Assembly: GCA_028355015.1 (NCBI GenBank)
Contig: JAOMRN010000001.1
Coordinates: 1,229-65,228, forward strand
Length of the DNA stretch: 64,000 nt
Direction: 5' to 3'
From: Methanobacteriota archaeon
GTDB taxonomy: Archaea; Thermoplasmatota; Poseidoniia; Poseidoniales; Thalassarchaeaceae
In this document: in pieces, positions 1 through 9,036 of the stretch
How the letters are laid out: each line of letters begins with the position of its first letter
Position numbering within the stretch: position 1 is the stretch's first letter
Position numbers and translations under genes: made by a program
Notes under the pieces: generated by a model
Databases searched by the model: none
Told to the model about the DNA's origin: nothing
What the model saw: the letters and a program-made list of their open reading frames with translations, nothing else

Positions 1-1
1 A

Positions 2-670
2 AAATTACAGAAAAAAGGATATTCATGTTCTACATTCATGCTATACCTTGGTATGGATAAGTTATATCAACAACCCCACCATCAAATTTATGCATCTAAA
101 GAGTATGAAAATAATCTCAAAGATATAACTCAGCACAAAATAACATGGAATGATCCTTCACTATATGTTCAGAATGCTTGTATCACTGATCCTAGTATGG
201 CACCCGATGGGAAATCTACTCTGTATGTGCTCGTACCAGTTCCTAATACTGATGAAAGTATAGTCTGGGACGATATTAAGGATGATTATAGCGAGGTTAT
301 CTTAGACATGATGCAGGAGAAACTTGGCTTTGGTAACATCCGTGAATCAATTGTCTCCAAAACGATAGTAACTCCCGATGACTGGAACTCATCTGATATC
401 TATCGTGGTGCAGTATTCAACTTAGCACATTCCTTAGATCAGATGCTATGGAGGCGTCCTCACAATAGATTCGAAGAATTGGATAATCTATTCCTCGTGG
501 GTGGAGGTACTCATCCTGGAAGTGGTCTCCCTACGATATTTGAAAGTGGAAGAATTACTAGTAAGCTAGTGCTTTCTGACTTAGGGGTTGAACCAGACTG
601 GAATGGGATAGACACTTGGTTTGGAGATCTTAAGAAGCCGAAAAAAGTAAAATCAGTGGTATCGTTATGA
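2..670 (+). CDS. crtI: Phytoene desaturase family protein (CrtI/CrtN-like), C-terminal part; 5' end lies outside the window
   Basis: Frame open from base 2 (KGYSCSTFMLYLG); motifs DPSMAPDGKSTLYVLVPVPN, GAVFNLAH, LFLVGGGTHPGSGLPTIFESGRI. Confidence 0.85.
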   Translation, partial: KLQKKGYSCSTFMLYLGMDKLYQQPHHQIYASKEYENNLKDITQHKITWNDPSLYVQNACITDPSMAPDGKSTLYVLVPVPNTDESIVWDDIKDDYSEVILDMMQEKLGFGNIRESIVSKTIVTPDDWNSSDIYRGAVFNLAHSLDQMLWRRPHNRFEELDNLFLVGGGTHPGSGLPTIFESGRITSKLVLSDLGVEPDWNGIDTWFGDLKKPKKVKSVVSL

Positions 671-1260
671 AGACATTAGGGGTTATTTTTCTTCTTTTAA
701 GCAGTGTACTAGCCGGATGCATATCTGAAACACAGGAGTTTATTGATGAAGAAATTCCCTCTAGTTCTCCACCTGAGAGAATGTCATTTACAGCACCATT
801 GATGTCCAACTATTCAAATAATACCGATTTAATCTTAGAAGAGTATGTTTCTGAAGGCCCAGTGCTTTTGATTTGGGTGGCTGCAGGTTGTATGGGATGC
901 CATTCTTGGACTGACATAATTTCAGATGAGGTTAACAATGGAAACATTAGCAATACCTCATTACTCAGTATACATAGATATCCTTCTTTTGAATCCGTTT
1001 CTTACGTTGAAGAGGTATATGGTAATCATGAAAATGCAACTAATCCTGTTTCTTGGCCTCTGGTACTTCCTCCTGAAGATACCCCGGTAATCGATCTAGA
1101 ATCGAGATCAGAAAGTACAGTCTCATTTTACGATTCCTTCGGTTATCCATCGACACCTACTCTTCAGATAATGGATACTTTTGGAAAGATAATTTGGACA
1201 TCTAAAACCTATTGGCCAACAACCGAAGTACTGGAAGAAATAAAGAATATAATTAATTGA
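667..1260 (+). CDS. Thioredoxin-fold (TlpA-like) lipoprotein
   Basis: Hydrophobic leader with lipobox LAGC; CxxC motif (CMGC); GYPSTPT segment; 4-bp overlap with crtI. Confidence 0.6.
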   Translation: MKTLGVIFLLLSSVLAGCISETQEFIDEEIPSSSPPERMSFTAPLMSNYSNNTDLILEEYVSEGPVLLIWVAAGCMGCHSWTDIISDEVNNGNISNTSLLSIHRYPSFESVSYVEEVYGNHENATNPVSWPLVLPPEDTPVIDLESRSESTVSFYDSFGYPSTPTLQIMDTFGKIIWTSKTYWPTTEVLEEIKNIIN

Positions 1261-1269
1261 AGTGATAAT

Positions 1270-1698
1270 ATGGATGTTTATGATTTTTCGTTTTTCTTGT
1301 CCACAATGTGGGTTGGACCTTTTTGGATAGCAATGTTGCTGTACCCTAATCACGAGATGACTCACAAATTAATGCAGGGTCCTTGGTTTTTCTTCGGCCC
1401 TATTGCCATATGGTACATTCTCTCTCTTTCAGATATATCTGGTTTAGTTAATTTAATCTCAGATACCTTAGATCCTTCAAATGCCTTACAGGGTCTTGCC
1501 GATCTTTTAGGGACAAAGCCTGGAGCATCAGCTGCTTGGGCTCACATGGTTGCAGGTGATATCTTCGTAACTCGATGGATATGGAAAAGATGTATTGAAT
1601 CTGAATGTGAAAAATGGAAATCAATCATCTCGATATTTTTCGGTGTTATGTTAATGCCAATTGGTTTAGGACTTACATTGATATTAGTAAGAAAATAA
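1270..1698 (+). CDS. ABA4-like family (DUF4281) membrane protein
   Basis: About four hydrophobic helices; WAHMVAGDIFVTRWI resembles the WxHxLAxDLFVGRWI signature; sits in a carotenoid locus. Confidence 0.7.
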   Translation: MDVYDFSFFLSTMWVGPFWIAMLLYPNHEMTHKLMQGPWFFFGPIAIWYILSLSDISGLVNLISDTLDPSNALQGLADLLGTKPGASAAWAHMVAGDIFVTRWIWKRCIESECEKWKSIISIFFGVMLMPIGLGLTLILVRK

Positions 1699-1722
1699 TT
1701 TTTAATAAAAAATTATTTTTTA

Positions 1723-2742
1723 TTATTCTTTAGACAATGACCATAATCCAAGAGCCGAAAGAGCGAAACCAATTTTTTTCATAAAACCCAATTGTAACCT
1801 CTTAGATAGGATATCTCCATTTCTTTTCTCAGCTTCAGACAGAATACTTGAGTAAACGGCACACATCATTTGAGGATTCCTTCTAGAATCATTTTCGATT
1901 AATGGGATCAAATTCAAAGCATTATTTTTATGCGTCCGTGTTCTACTGATGTAGTGTTTCATAAATCGCTTCCATTTCTTACTATTAGCCAAATTCGTAT
2001 TTTCAATTTCTTGCGGTTGTATACCAAACATTTCTAATTCGCCAGTTGGTAAATATAGTCTACCTCTTTCTCTATCTTCTTGTATGTCTCTAAGTACATT
2101 TACCATTTGTAAGAATATACCCATTTCTTCAGCATACTCTCGTGCATCTGGATTAGAATAACCATATATTTCTATGAGACTTAGCCCAACAGTAGAGGCT
2201 ACTTTGAAGCAGTAACTTCTCAAATCCTCGAAATTTTCGTAATTAGTTGGAAATAAATCATCTTCCATTCCTTCAATGAGTAATTTTAAATCTGAAATTC
2301 TAATAGGGAACTTTTTCATTGTATCTTCTAGTGCAATGAAAATAGGATGATTTACAGGCATATTTTTTTCTATAGAATCAAGATTATCTCTGAACCATAA
2401 CAATGCTCTTACTCTTTGAAAATGACTTTTATCATCATTTACTGGTTCACTCATTCTTTCTATCGCCAGAGCAATAGATCTGTATTCTGCTCTTTCATTC
2501 AGAGAACTCAAATCTTTAGCATTTAAGTTGGATAAATTAGGTAGCCAATCTCCGTCGACAATATCATCTACCTTTCTACAGAAAGCGTACAATGCATGCA
2601 CAGAACATCGTTTTTCCAAAGGTAATGATTTGAATGAACGCAAGAATGAAGTCGATGCAGATTTAGTGATATCTTCGCATATCTGGTATGCTTGAGGTAT
2701 TGAAATCGGTCCGAGAATTTTCGGCTCGTTGAGCAATACCAT
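1723..2742 (-). CDS. crtB: Phytoene synthase
   Basis: ALYAFCRKVDDIVD, YCFKVASTVG, QMVNVLRDIQEDRERGRLYLP. Confidence 0.9.
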   Translation of the reverse strand: MVLLNEPKILGPISIPQAYQICEDITKSASTSFLRSFKSLPLEKRCSVHALYAFCRKVDDIVDGDWLPNLSNLNAKDLSSLNERAEYRSIALAIERMSEPVNDDKSHFQRVRALLWFRDNLDSIEKNMPVNHPIFIALEDTMKKFPIRISDLKLLIEGMEDDLFPTNYENFEDLRSYCFKVASTVGLSLIEIYGYSNPDAREYAEEMGIFLQMVNVLRDIQEDRERGRLYLPTGELEMFGIQPQEIENTNLANSKKWKRFMKHYISRTRTHKNNALNLIPLIENDSRRNPQMMCAVYSSILSEAEKRNGDILSKRLQLGFMKKIGFALSALGLWSLSKE

Positions 2743-2847
2743 GCACTTGTGAAATATACATAGAATATGAAGGGGTGTTTATCGATTGCTGAATTTGCAG
2801 AGTTATCTGTCCCTTATGTTGAAGGATGAAACCTCTTCCGGACGACT

Positions 2848-3177
2848 ATGGGAGATGGAAACATACTCACAGATTTGGAACGCAGTGATGAAGATTGTGT
2901 ACTGAGATTTGATGACGGGCAATCTTTCACATTGAGTTATGTCTCAATAAGATCTAGGTGTCAATGTGCTAAGTGTAAGCCTAGGCAAGAGAATGAACAG
3001 AAAATTCTTGAATTAGAAGAAGAAATTTCCCGATTAATGCTAGAAAAACCGAAAGTCGAGCTAGTTGGGAGATATGGTCTCAGATTTGAATGGCCTACTG
3101 GTTGTTCCTCTGGAATACATTCATTTTCCCACTTGAGAAAGGTTTGTGAAGAACTCGGTAAATCTTTGAGTCAGTAA
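2848..3177 (+). CDS. DUF971 / gamma-butyrobetaine hydroxylase N-terminal-like metal-binding protein
   Basis: RSRCQCAKC, VGRYGLRFEW, SGIHSFSHLR. Confidence 0.75.
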   Translation: MGDGNILTDLERSDEDCVLRFDDGQSFTLSYVSIRSRCQCAKCKPRQENEQKILELEEEISRLMLEKPKVELVGRYGLRFEWPTGCSSGIHSFSHLRKVCEELGKSLSQ

Positions 3178-3257
3178 TTTAAGTATCCGAAGTGCTGAAA
3201 TGCAGCCTCTGATTCGCAGGTACATCGAATATACGGGTCAACTCCGTTTTTCGATAG

Positions 3258-4688
3258 GTGATGAAGATGAAAGAAGATAATCATAAGGCCGATTCCGATG
3301 ATGAGGATTCTTGGGCTCTTTATGCAGATGCAGGATATGGTCAGTCCGAGGTAGAAGTCGATGAAAATCTGGAAATTAATCCTTTAGAAGAGGAAGTTTG
3401 GTATGATGGCGATGATTTTGAGTTTGAAGGTGCAACAATAAACTGGGATGCACCACCGTGCCCTGCACCTCTAGGAATAGAACATATCATTCGTATCGGT
3501 TGTTGTGATTTTTGTGTTCAGAGGCTTTCTGGAAGGCGCACAGCATCAAAAGGAGAAGAAGGCGGGCAAGAAATAAGAAAAGAAGCTTATCAAAGAAACT
3601 CTGAATTAGAATCATCTGTCAAAAATGACCTCTGCCCAATGTGTGAGAATTTATTTGATGACATTGATAATATAGTGGTAAGAATTATTGATAAAATTGG
3701 TGAAGTAGAACATTCAACGATTCAACTTGGCATTCACCTACCTAAGGATTTAGTGGAAGAAGAAGATAGGATTCGCTCAAGACACGGCTCTCCTGGCTCT
3801 GCCCCTCTCAAACCTTCATTCGTCAGCCAAATACAATCTAAACTTTCAAACTTAGTTAATGGGGTCACTTATGTTAAAGAAAGGCCAGATTTAATGATTT
3901 TAGTAGATGGATTAACTTTGATGGTTGAGGTAGATATCCGGCCTGTGTTCATGTATGGGCGATATCGTAAATTAATTCGAGATCTTCCTCAAACTCGATG
4001 GCCATGCCGTGCTTGTCGTGGACGTGCACAAGGATGTGAATCATGTAATGAGACGGGGTTACAGTATCCAGATTCTGTTCAAGATCTAATTGGTGAGCCA
4101 ATTCGTCTTTCTTTAGGTGCAGAAGATACATCTTTCCATGGAATGGGCCGAGAAGACATAGATGTTAGATGCCTAGGAATGGGACGCCCTTTTGTTATTG
4201 AAATTAAAAAACCAGGAACTAGATTGGCTAATCTTGAAGAAATTCAGAAAGCAGTAAATGAAAATGCAGTAGATAAGGTTGAAATTAATAGTTTGAGATG
4301 GTCAGATCGCCGAGAAGTCGTTAAAGTCAAAGAAAGTCGTTCTGAGAAATCATATACAATACGATTCAAAGTAGATGGCATACCAGATGAGAAAACAGCA
4401 ATTGAAGCAATTTCGTCGCTTTCAGGTGTAGAGTTATCTCAAGAGACTCCTAAGCGTGTCGCTCACCGCCGAGCGGCGAAAAATAGGAAAAGAAAAGTAG
4501 TCTCACTTTCTGATATTATTGTTGAAGAAGATGAAATCCAATTTTCGGTTAGATGTGAGGCTGGAACGTATGTCAAGGAACTAGTTCACTCCGATGAAGG
4601 CCGAACAGTGCCCTCTGTTCGTAGCGTGTTAGGGGACAAAGAATGCACAGTTCTTTGGCTAGATGTTGAAGAGATTCACTATGAATGA
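3258..4688 (+). CDS. pus10: tRNA pseudouridine(54/55) synthase Pus10
   Basis: GRYRKL..QTRWPC, FHGMGREDIDVRCLG, GTYVKELVHSDEGRT; upstream of rpl21e as usual in archaea. Confidence 0.95.
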   Translation: MMKMKEDNHKADSDDEDSWALYADAGYGQSEVEVDENLEINPLEEEVWYDGDDFEFEGATINWDAPPCPAPLGIEHIIRIGCCDFCVQRLSGRRTASKGEEGGQEIRKEAYQRNSELESSVKNDLCPMCENLFDDIDNIVVRIIDKIGEVEHSTIQLGIHLPKDLVEEEDRIRSRHGSPGSAPLKPSFVSQIQSKLSNLVNGVTYVKERPDLMILVDGLTLMVEVDIRPVFMYGRYRKLIRDLPQTRWPCRACRGRAQGCESCNETGLQYPDSVQDLIGEPIRLSLGAEDTSFHGMGREDIDVRCLGMGRPFVIEIKKPGTRLANLEEIQKAVNENAVDKVEINSLRWSDRREVVKVKESRSEKSYTIRFKVDGIPDEKTAIEAISSLSGVELSQETPKRVAHRRAAKNRKRKVVSLSDIIVEEDEIQFSVRCEAGTYVKELVHSDEGRTVPSVRSVLGDKECTVLWLDVEEIHYE

Positions 4689-4767
4689 GTTATTTATCAA
4701 ATCCGAGTCCTTAAGAATACGAGGCAGGTCGACCGCTTCCAAGACCTATGGTCTGTAAGGTGATATC

Positions 4768-5064
4768 ATGGTAACAAGGACGCATGGACAACGCCAAGGA
4801 ACACGTTCAATTCTTAAGAAAAGTAAGCGTGATAAAGGCCGAGTTTTCATTAATAGAGTAATGTACCCGTATGCTGAAGGAGATAGAGTTGCTATCGTAT
4901 TAGATGGTGCGCAACACAAAGGCATGCCTCACCGTCGATTCCAAGGCCGTACAGGTACTATTGCAGGAAAGCAAGGTCGAGCTTATGTTGTTAATTTCAA
5001 AGATGGTAATATGAAAAAGACCGTAGTTGCTCGTCCGGAGCATCTTAAACCAATTAAGGGATGA
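4768..5064 (+). CDS. rpl21e: 50S ribosomal protein L21e
   Basis: GMPHRRFQGRTG, ARPEHLKP; GGTGA ribosome-binding site upstream. Confidence 0.97.
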   Translation: MVTRTHGQRQGTRSILKKSKRDKGRVFINRVMYPYAEGDRVAIVLDGAQHKGMPHRRFQGRTGTIAGKQGRAYVVNFKDGNMKKTVVARPEHLKPIKG

Positions 5065-5423
5065 TTTTAATGAGTGAGAAAGAATTTGTAGATTTTGCTA
5101 CTGTACGTGAACTTTTATCCGATGCACGCGAAAGACGTGGAGATCTTTCCTATGAGCAAATCATGGCCCTTCAACATGCAGAGTGGGCAGCATCCACTAA
5201 TCGTGGCGGAACAAAAACTGATGCTAAGGTTTTCGTTGCACTATACAATGCCCTATCTGAAAATGAAAAACTATCTCAATACCCTGAAATATGCTCTAAA
5301 TTGGCAGAATTAACTCCGTTAAATGTCAAAGGAGTTAGAGTTATAATTTCAAGTAAAAGAATTGCAATGGATACTTCAGAGGTAGAAGATATCATTACTA
5401 CCATTCGTCAACACGTACTTTGA
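5061..5423 (+). CDS. rpoF: RNA polymerase subunit F (Rpo4)
   Basis: LSYEQIMALQHA motif; conserved position between rpl21e and DUF655; true start may be 5070. Confidence 0.8.
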   Translation: MILMSEKEFVDFATVRELLSDARERRGDLSYEQIMALQHAEWAASTNRGGTKTDAKVFVALYNALSENEKLSQYPEICSKLAELTPLNVKGVRVIISSKRIAMDTSEVEDIITTIRQHVL

Positions 5424-5485
5424 GTATAGAAATCCGTGTGTTTCTTCAATGAGTTAATTCTTGAATAAAGACCTGTCTGAGGTAG

Positions 5486-6067
5486 TTGAGCGTAATGCAT
5501 GCGAGTTCCCCTTCTGAGGCCGGAGATGGCCCAATATCTCCTTTTTCAGGTGAAACACATTTGAGAATATTGGATATGTCCGATAGAAGGCCTGTTGGGC
5601 ATGAAGTACATGCACTAACTGAACCGTCTCTATATTTGGTTCGTGCTAAAGTATTAGTCAAAGATGGTGTAAGTAATGGCGTAAAAGTTGCAGTATCCGA
5701 AAATAAACTAGGGCCAATGTCTCTACTCCGATATCGTGATCTTTCAACAACCAGTGAAGATGAACTTCTCAATGAACTAGTTGGTGCCATAAGGGATAAC
5801 TCAGAACTACATCTTGGATTTTATAATCGTGCTAATAATATTTCTTTGAAAGTACATGCTTTCCAACTTCTTCCAGGGATAGGCAAGTCTAAGGCGCAAA
5901 AAATGGTACAATCCCGTGGAATGGCCGGATGGATGGAGTTTTCAGAAGTAGACGAGGCTTGTGAAATTGATTCAGTCAAGTTACTAGCAGAGAGGTACCT
6001 TATAGAAATCGAAGATCCACTAAACAATCGTAGTATTCTTGATCATCTAATACGTACGTCTAATTAA
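5486..6067 (+). CDS. DUF655 family helix-hairpin-helix protein
   Basis: FYNRANNISLKVHAFQLLPGIGKSKA; operon context. Confidence 0.85.
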   Translation: MSVMHASSPSEAGDGPISPFSGETHLRILDMSDRRPVGHEVHALTEPSLYLVRAKVLVKDGVSNGVKVAVSENKLGPMSLLRYRDLSTTSEDELLNELVGAIRDNSELHLGFYNRANNISLKVHAFQLLPGIGKSKAQKMVQSRGMAGWMEFSEVDEACEIDSVKLLAERYLIEIEDPLNNRSILDHLIRTSN

Positions 6068-6079
6068 TTAGGAATTAAT

Positions 6080-6985
6080 ATGGATGATTTAACTCCCCGA
6101 CTTCTTGTCGATTTACTTAGAGACCATATTGTTCCCGACAAATCATTGGGTCAACATTTTCTTTTAGATACGAAGATAATCTCTCGCTCTATTGAAATTT
6201 GTAGTGAAGAGGGGTTCCCAATTAATTCGAAATCTAAAGTTCTTGAGATAGGGCCAGGCCCCGGTTCATTGACATTATATCTTTTGAGAAATGAAGCCTA
6301 TGTTTTTGGCATAGAAATTGACGAGGAAGCGATTCTTCATTTAGATAGAGTATTTGGAGATGCTAATGGCCAACTAGAAATTATTTCTGGAGACGCTCTT
6401 AGGCTAAATTGGCCTTTGGGTTTGACACATATAGTAGCAAATTTACCTTACCAAATTTCAAGCCCAGTCTTAGATAAAATTCAACAATATCATTTTAAAA
6501 ACCCTCTAAATGTCATCGTATTACTTGTCCAAGATGAATTTGCAGAAAGAATGTCCATGGAACATTATGGATCTCTAAGCCCTCTAGGTTTATCCCTATG
6601 GCTCGATTTTGACGTTAAATTAGATAAAAAAGTACCTGGCGGTGCTTTCAGTCCTGCTCCTCGTGTTAATTCTAGAATTGTATCTCTGGTGCCAGTAGAT
6701 CGTTCTCAGGAGAATGGAGAGATTTCTCGTAAGATGTTTAAGATAATAACTCAACATTGTTTTTCAAGCCGTCGGAAAAAAATTAGAACATTATTATCCC
6801 AAGTCCCTCGAAGAATTAGTCGAATAAAAGGATGGCATAAATCACGTTGGAAGGCAGCTGTGGAAGATTTATTGTTAAATCCACCAGATACATTTTCTAA
6901 TGAATGGTTTGAAAACAGACCAGACATGCTAGAACCTGAAGAATGGGCAATAATTGCTAATAGAATATCTTCATTTAATGAATAA
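6080..6985 (+). CDS. rsmA: 16S rRNA adenine dimethyltransferase KsgA/Dim1
   Basis: KSLGQHFL, VLEIGPGPGSLT, VANLPYQISSP, FSPAPRVNS. Confidence 0.93.
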   Translation: MDDLTPRLLVDLLRDHIVPDKSLGQHFLLDTKIISRSIEICSEEGFPINSKSKVLEIGPGPGSLTLYLLRNEAYVFGIEIDEEAILHLDRVFGDANGQLEIISGDALRLNWPLGLTHIVANLPYQISSPVLDKIQQYHFKNPLNVIVLLVQDEFAERMSMEHYGSLSPLGLSLWLDFDVKLDKKVPGGAFSPAPRVNSRIVSLVPVDRSQENGEISRKMFKIITQHCFSSRRKKIRTLLSQVPRRISRIKGWHKSRWKAAVEDLLLNPPDTFSNEWFENRPDMLEPEEWAIIANRISSFNE

Positions 6986-7077
6986 ATAAGATAATTATGA
7001 CCGCGACTTGATATTATACGCATGGTTCCGCGGGACTACTGCGCAGCGGACATACATTCGCGCAAGGGGGCACTAAT

Positions 7078-8172
7078 ATGGCAAAGAAGGACACCTATCT
7101 CGCATTATTACGCCGTGGGATAGATGAAAAAACTGCTCAAATCCTGTCAGATGGTGGAATTAAAGTTGGTGATTTGAAAAATCTTGATGTCGAGACGTTA
7201 ACTAATAATTATGGTCTTAAGAAAGAAATAGCAACCTCTGTATTAGACGCGGTTAAATCAGGCCCTCGCTCTTCATCTAAGCAAAGATATCTTGCAGATG
7301 TTCTTTCGGATACCGGTGGGGTGAAGAAAGTTGACAAGATTGAAGAGCAGAGATTCAAGAGAGAACAGAAAGATTTGCATTCAGAACTTCTGGAGAAGAA
7401 AGAACAGTTACGAATTGCTAGAGTAGAGCAGTTTCGTGAAAAGAAATTAGTAATGAATAGATTAGGTAAGACTGTTGAACTCATAGTTAAATTAGAAAAT
7501 ACTTTTGATGAAGAGGGTAAAGATGAACAGCGCACTAAACTCAGAGATCAACTAGAGACTAGAGGACTTGAAGCCGCTAGAGATCATGAATTATTGGACT
7601 TATCAGGTACTCCTCAAGATATAGTTGATTTCCGTCGCAAGATCGCTCCAATATTATGTATGCACGCATGTCCAGACTGTGGAGAAGAAATGGACCCTCG
7701 AGGAGGAAATGTCATGGAAGATATGACAGACTTTGTTTTGATTTGTTGGGATTGTGAGAAAGAGTTCCGGGCACCTATGGCAGAAGTTGTAGAAAATAAA
7801 TTAGAAAATGGTGATAGGTTAACAATCGATCCTCAGAGAGGGCCAAGATTAGAAGTAATTCAACCTCCTAAGAAGTCTGAATCACTGAGTGTTGATGACT
7901 TAATTAAAAGAGATCTAAAGAAGACAGGAGCATCTTTCGCAGAAGTTGAAGCAGCGGTTGAAGCGAGTAAGTTGTCTGGTGGATTAATGAGTATTGAAGA
8001 TTGGATTGAACAGAAAATCGAAGATAAAGGATATATCCAAGCTCAAGAACATAGAGAAGAATTCATTCTTGCTACTGGTGCAGGGGCTACTAAATTTAAC
8101 AAATGGATGAAGAAAGCGGGACTGTATTTCAATAAACAAACAGGACGTTGGACTCGTTGGGAAGACCGTTGA
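7078..8172 (+). CDS. Hypothetical protein with HhH-like N-terminus, coiled coil and zinc ribbon
   Basis: 364-aa ORF; CPDC...CWDC; charged helical middle region. Confidence 0.6.
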   Translation: MAKKDTYLALLRRGIDEKTAQILSDGGIKVGDLKNLDVETLTNNYGLKKEIATSVLDAVKSGPRSSSKQRYLADVLSDTGGVKKVDKIEEQRFKREQKDLHSELLEKKEQLRIARVEQFREKKLVMNRLGKTVELIVKLENTFDEEGKDEQRTKLRDQLETRGLEAARDHELLDLSGTPQDIVDFRRKIAPILCMHACPDCGEEMDPRGGNVMEDMTDFVLICWDCEKEFRAPMAEVVENKLENGDRLTIDPQRGPRLEVIQPPKKSESLSVDDLIKRDLKKTGASFAEVEAAVEASKLSGGLMSIEDWIEQKIEDKGYIQAQEHREEFILATGAGATKFNKWMKKAGLYFNKQTGRWTRWEDR

Positions 8173-8235
8173 GCATCAGTTTATTCAAATTCTTCTATTG
8201 GATGGATTGAAGATACCCTTCTCTATGGGTGAATC

Positions 8236-8523
8236 ATGGCTATAGTCCGCTTCTTCCGTGGAAGGTTGCTTTTGCGTTCTATTGAACTCAAGGATGATGA
8301 GTTCCTAGTGGATGCTGCAGATCGCGCAGGAATCGATATACCTAGAAATTGTACATCTGGGAATTGTGGAACTTGCCTTGTAAGATTAATTTCAGGGAAT
8401 GTCCCATATCCCGAACCTTTACCTCCGGGCTTGGATGAATTTTTAATTGAAGATGGAGGGATTTTGTCTTGTTGTATGATACCGGAAGGAGCTTGCGACA
8501 TTGATGTCATTCCACCATTATGA
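8236..8523 (+). CDS. 2Fe-2S ferredoxin
   Basis: CTSGNCGTC...LSCC cluster ligands. Confidence 0.9.
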   Translation: MAIVRFFRGRLLLRSIELKDDEFLVDAADRAGIDIPRNCTSGNCGTCLVRLISGNVPYPEPLPPGLDEFLIEDGGILSCCMIPEGACDIDVIPPL

Positions 8524-8533
8524 GAGGTAAAAT

Positions 8534-8689
8534 ATGGTTGACTGGAGTAATCAAGAATTTTTATTAATTCTTACTTTCGATATTATAGCCGTGACATTCG
8601 CGGTATGGTGGTTGTCCAGGCGTGTCAAGTCTAAAATTGATGAGGTTAATTTAAGAAAATCGAAGAGATGGGAAAGAGAGGATAAATAA
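8534..8689 (+). CDS. Small single-pass membrane protein (51 aa, not in the ORF track)
   Basis: MVDWSNQEFLLILTFDIIAVTFAVWWLSRRVKSK...EDK*; GAGGT ribosome-binding site upstream; fills the intergenic gap. Confidence 0.65.
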   Translation: MVDWSNQEFLLILTFDIIAVTFAVWWLSRRVKSKIDEVNLRKSKRWEREDK

Positions 8690-8697
8690 TTTTCAGG

Positions 8698-8991
8698 CTA
8701 TTCGTTTATAGCAGCAGTCCATCTTTTTGCTTGCGGTATTGAGATTACTTCAATATGGCAGGCTAAGATCCCTTTCGTAGAAGTAATTTCCTTTCTCAAT
8801 TCAATCAAGTCATTAATGCAACATGGGCAGTAAGGGTGTGTAGGTTTCACCCAAAGTTCTGCAATTCCTGATTCACTTATCTCGACACCTTTCAAGATTT
8901 CTTTATCTTTGAATAATTTTCCATGTGGCTCTTTTCTTTCCCTAAGGATCTTAGCTAGTCGGCGTTGAACAGCATTAGATACTTGAGACAC
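8698..8991 (-). CDS. DUF59/SufT-like Fe-S assembly domain protein
   Basis: PTHPYCP resembles the TxxxCP motif; size and C-terminal W are consistent. Confidence 0.55.
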   Translation of the reverse strand: MSQVSNAVQRRLAKILRERKEPHGKLFKDKEILKGVEISESGIAELWVKPTHPYCPCCINDLIELRKEITSTKGILACHIEVISIPQAKRWTAAINE

Positions 8992-9036
8992 GACACGTCG
9001 TAGAGGTATCGGGAATTAGTATAATCCCTTGATAGT

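Noticed and set aside
1699..1725. AT-only inverted repeat between convergent genes
   Set aside because: Probably a bidirectional T-rich terminator region; low complexity makes the symmetry uninformative
1..3200. Rhodopsin or retinal-forming (blh) gene near the crt genes
   Set aside because: No 7-TM opsin or Blh-like ORF is visible in this window
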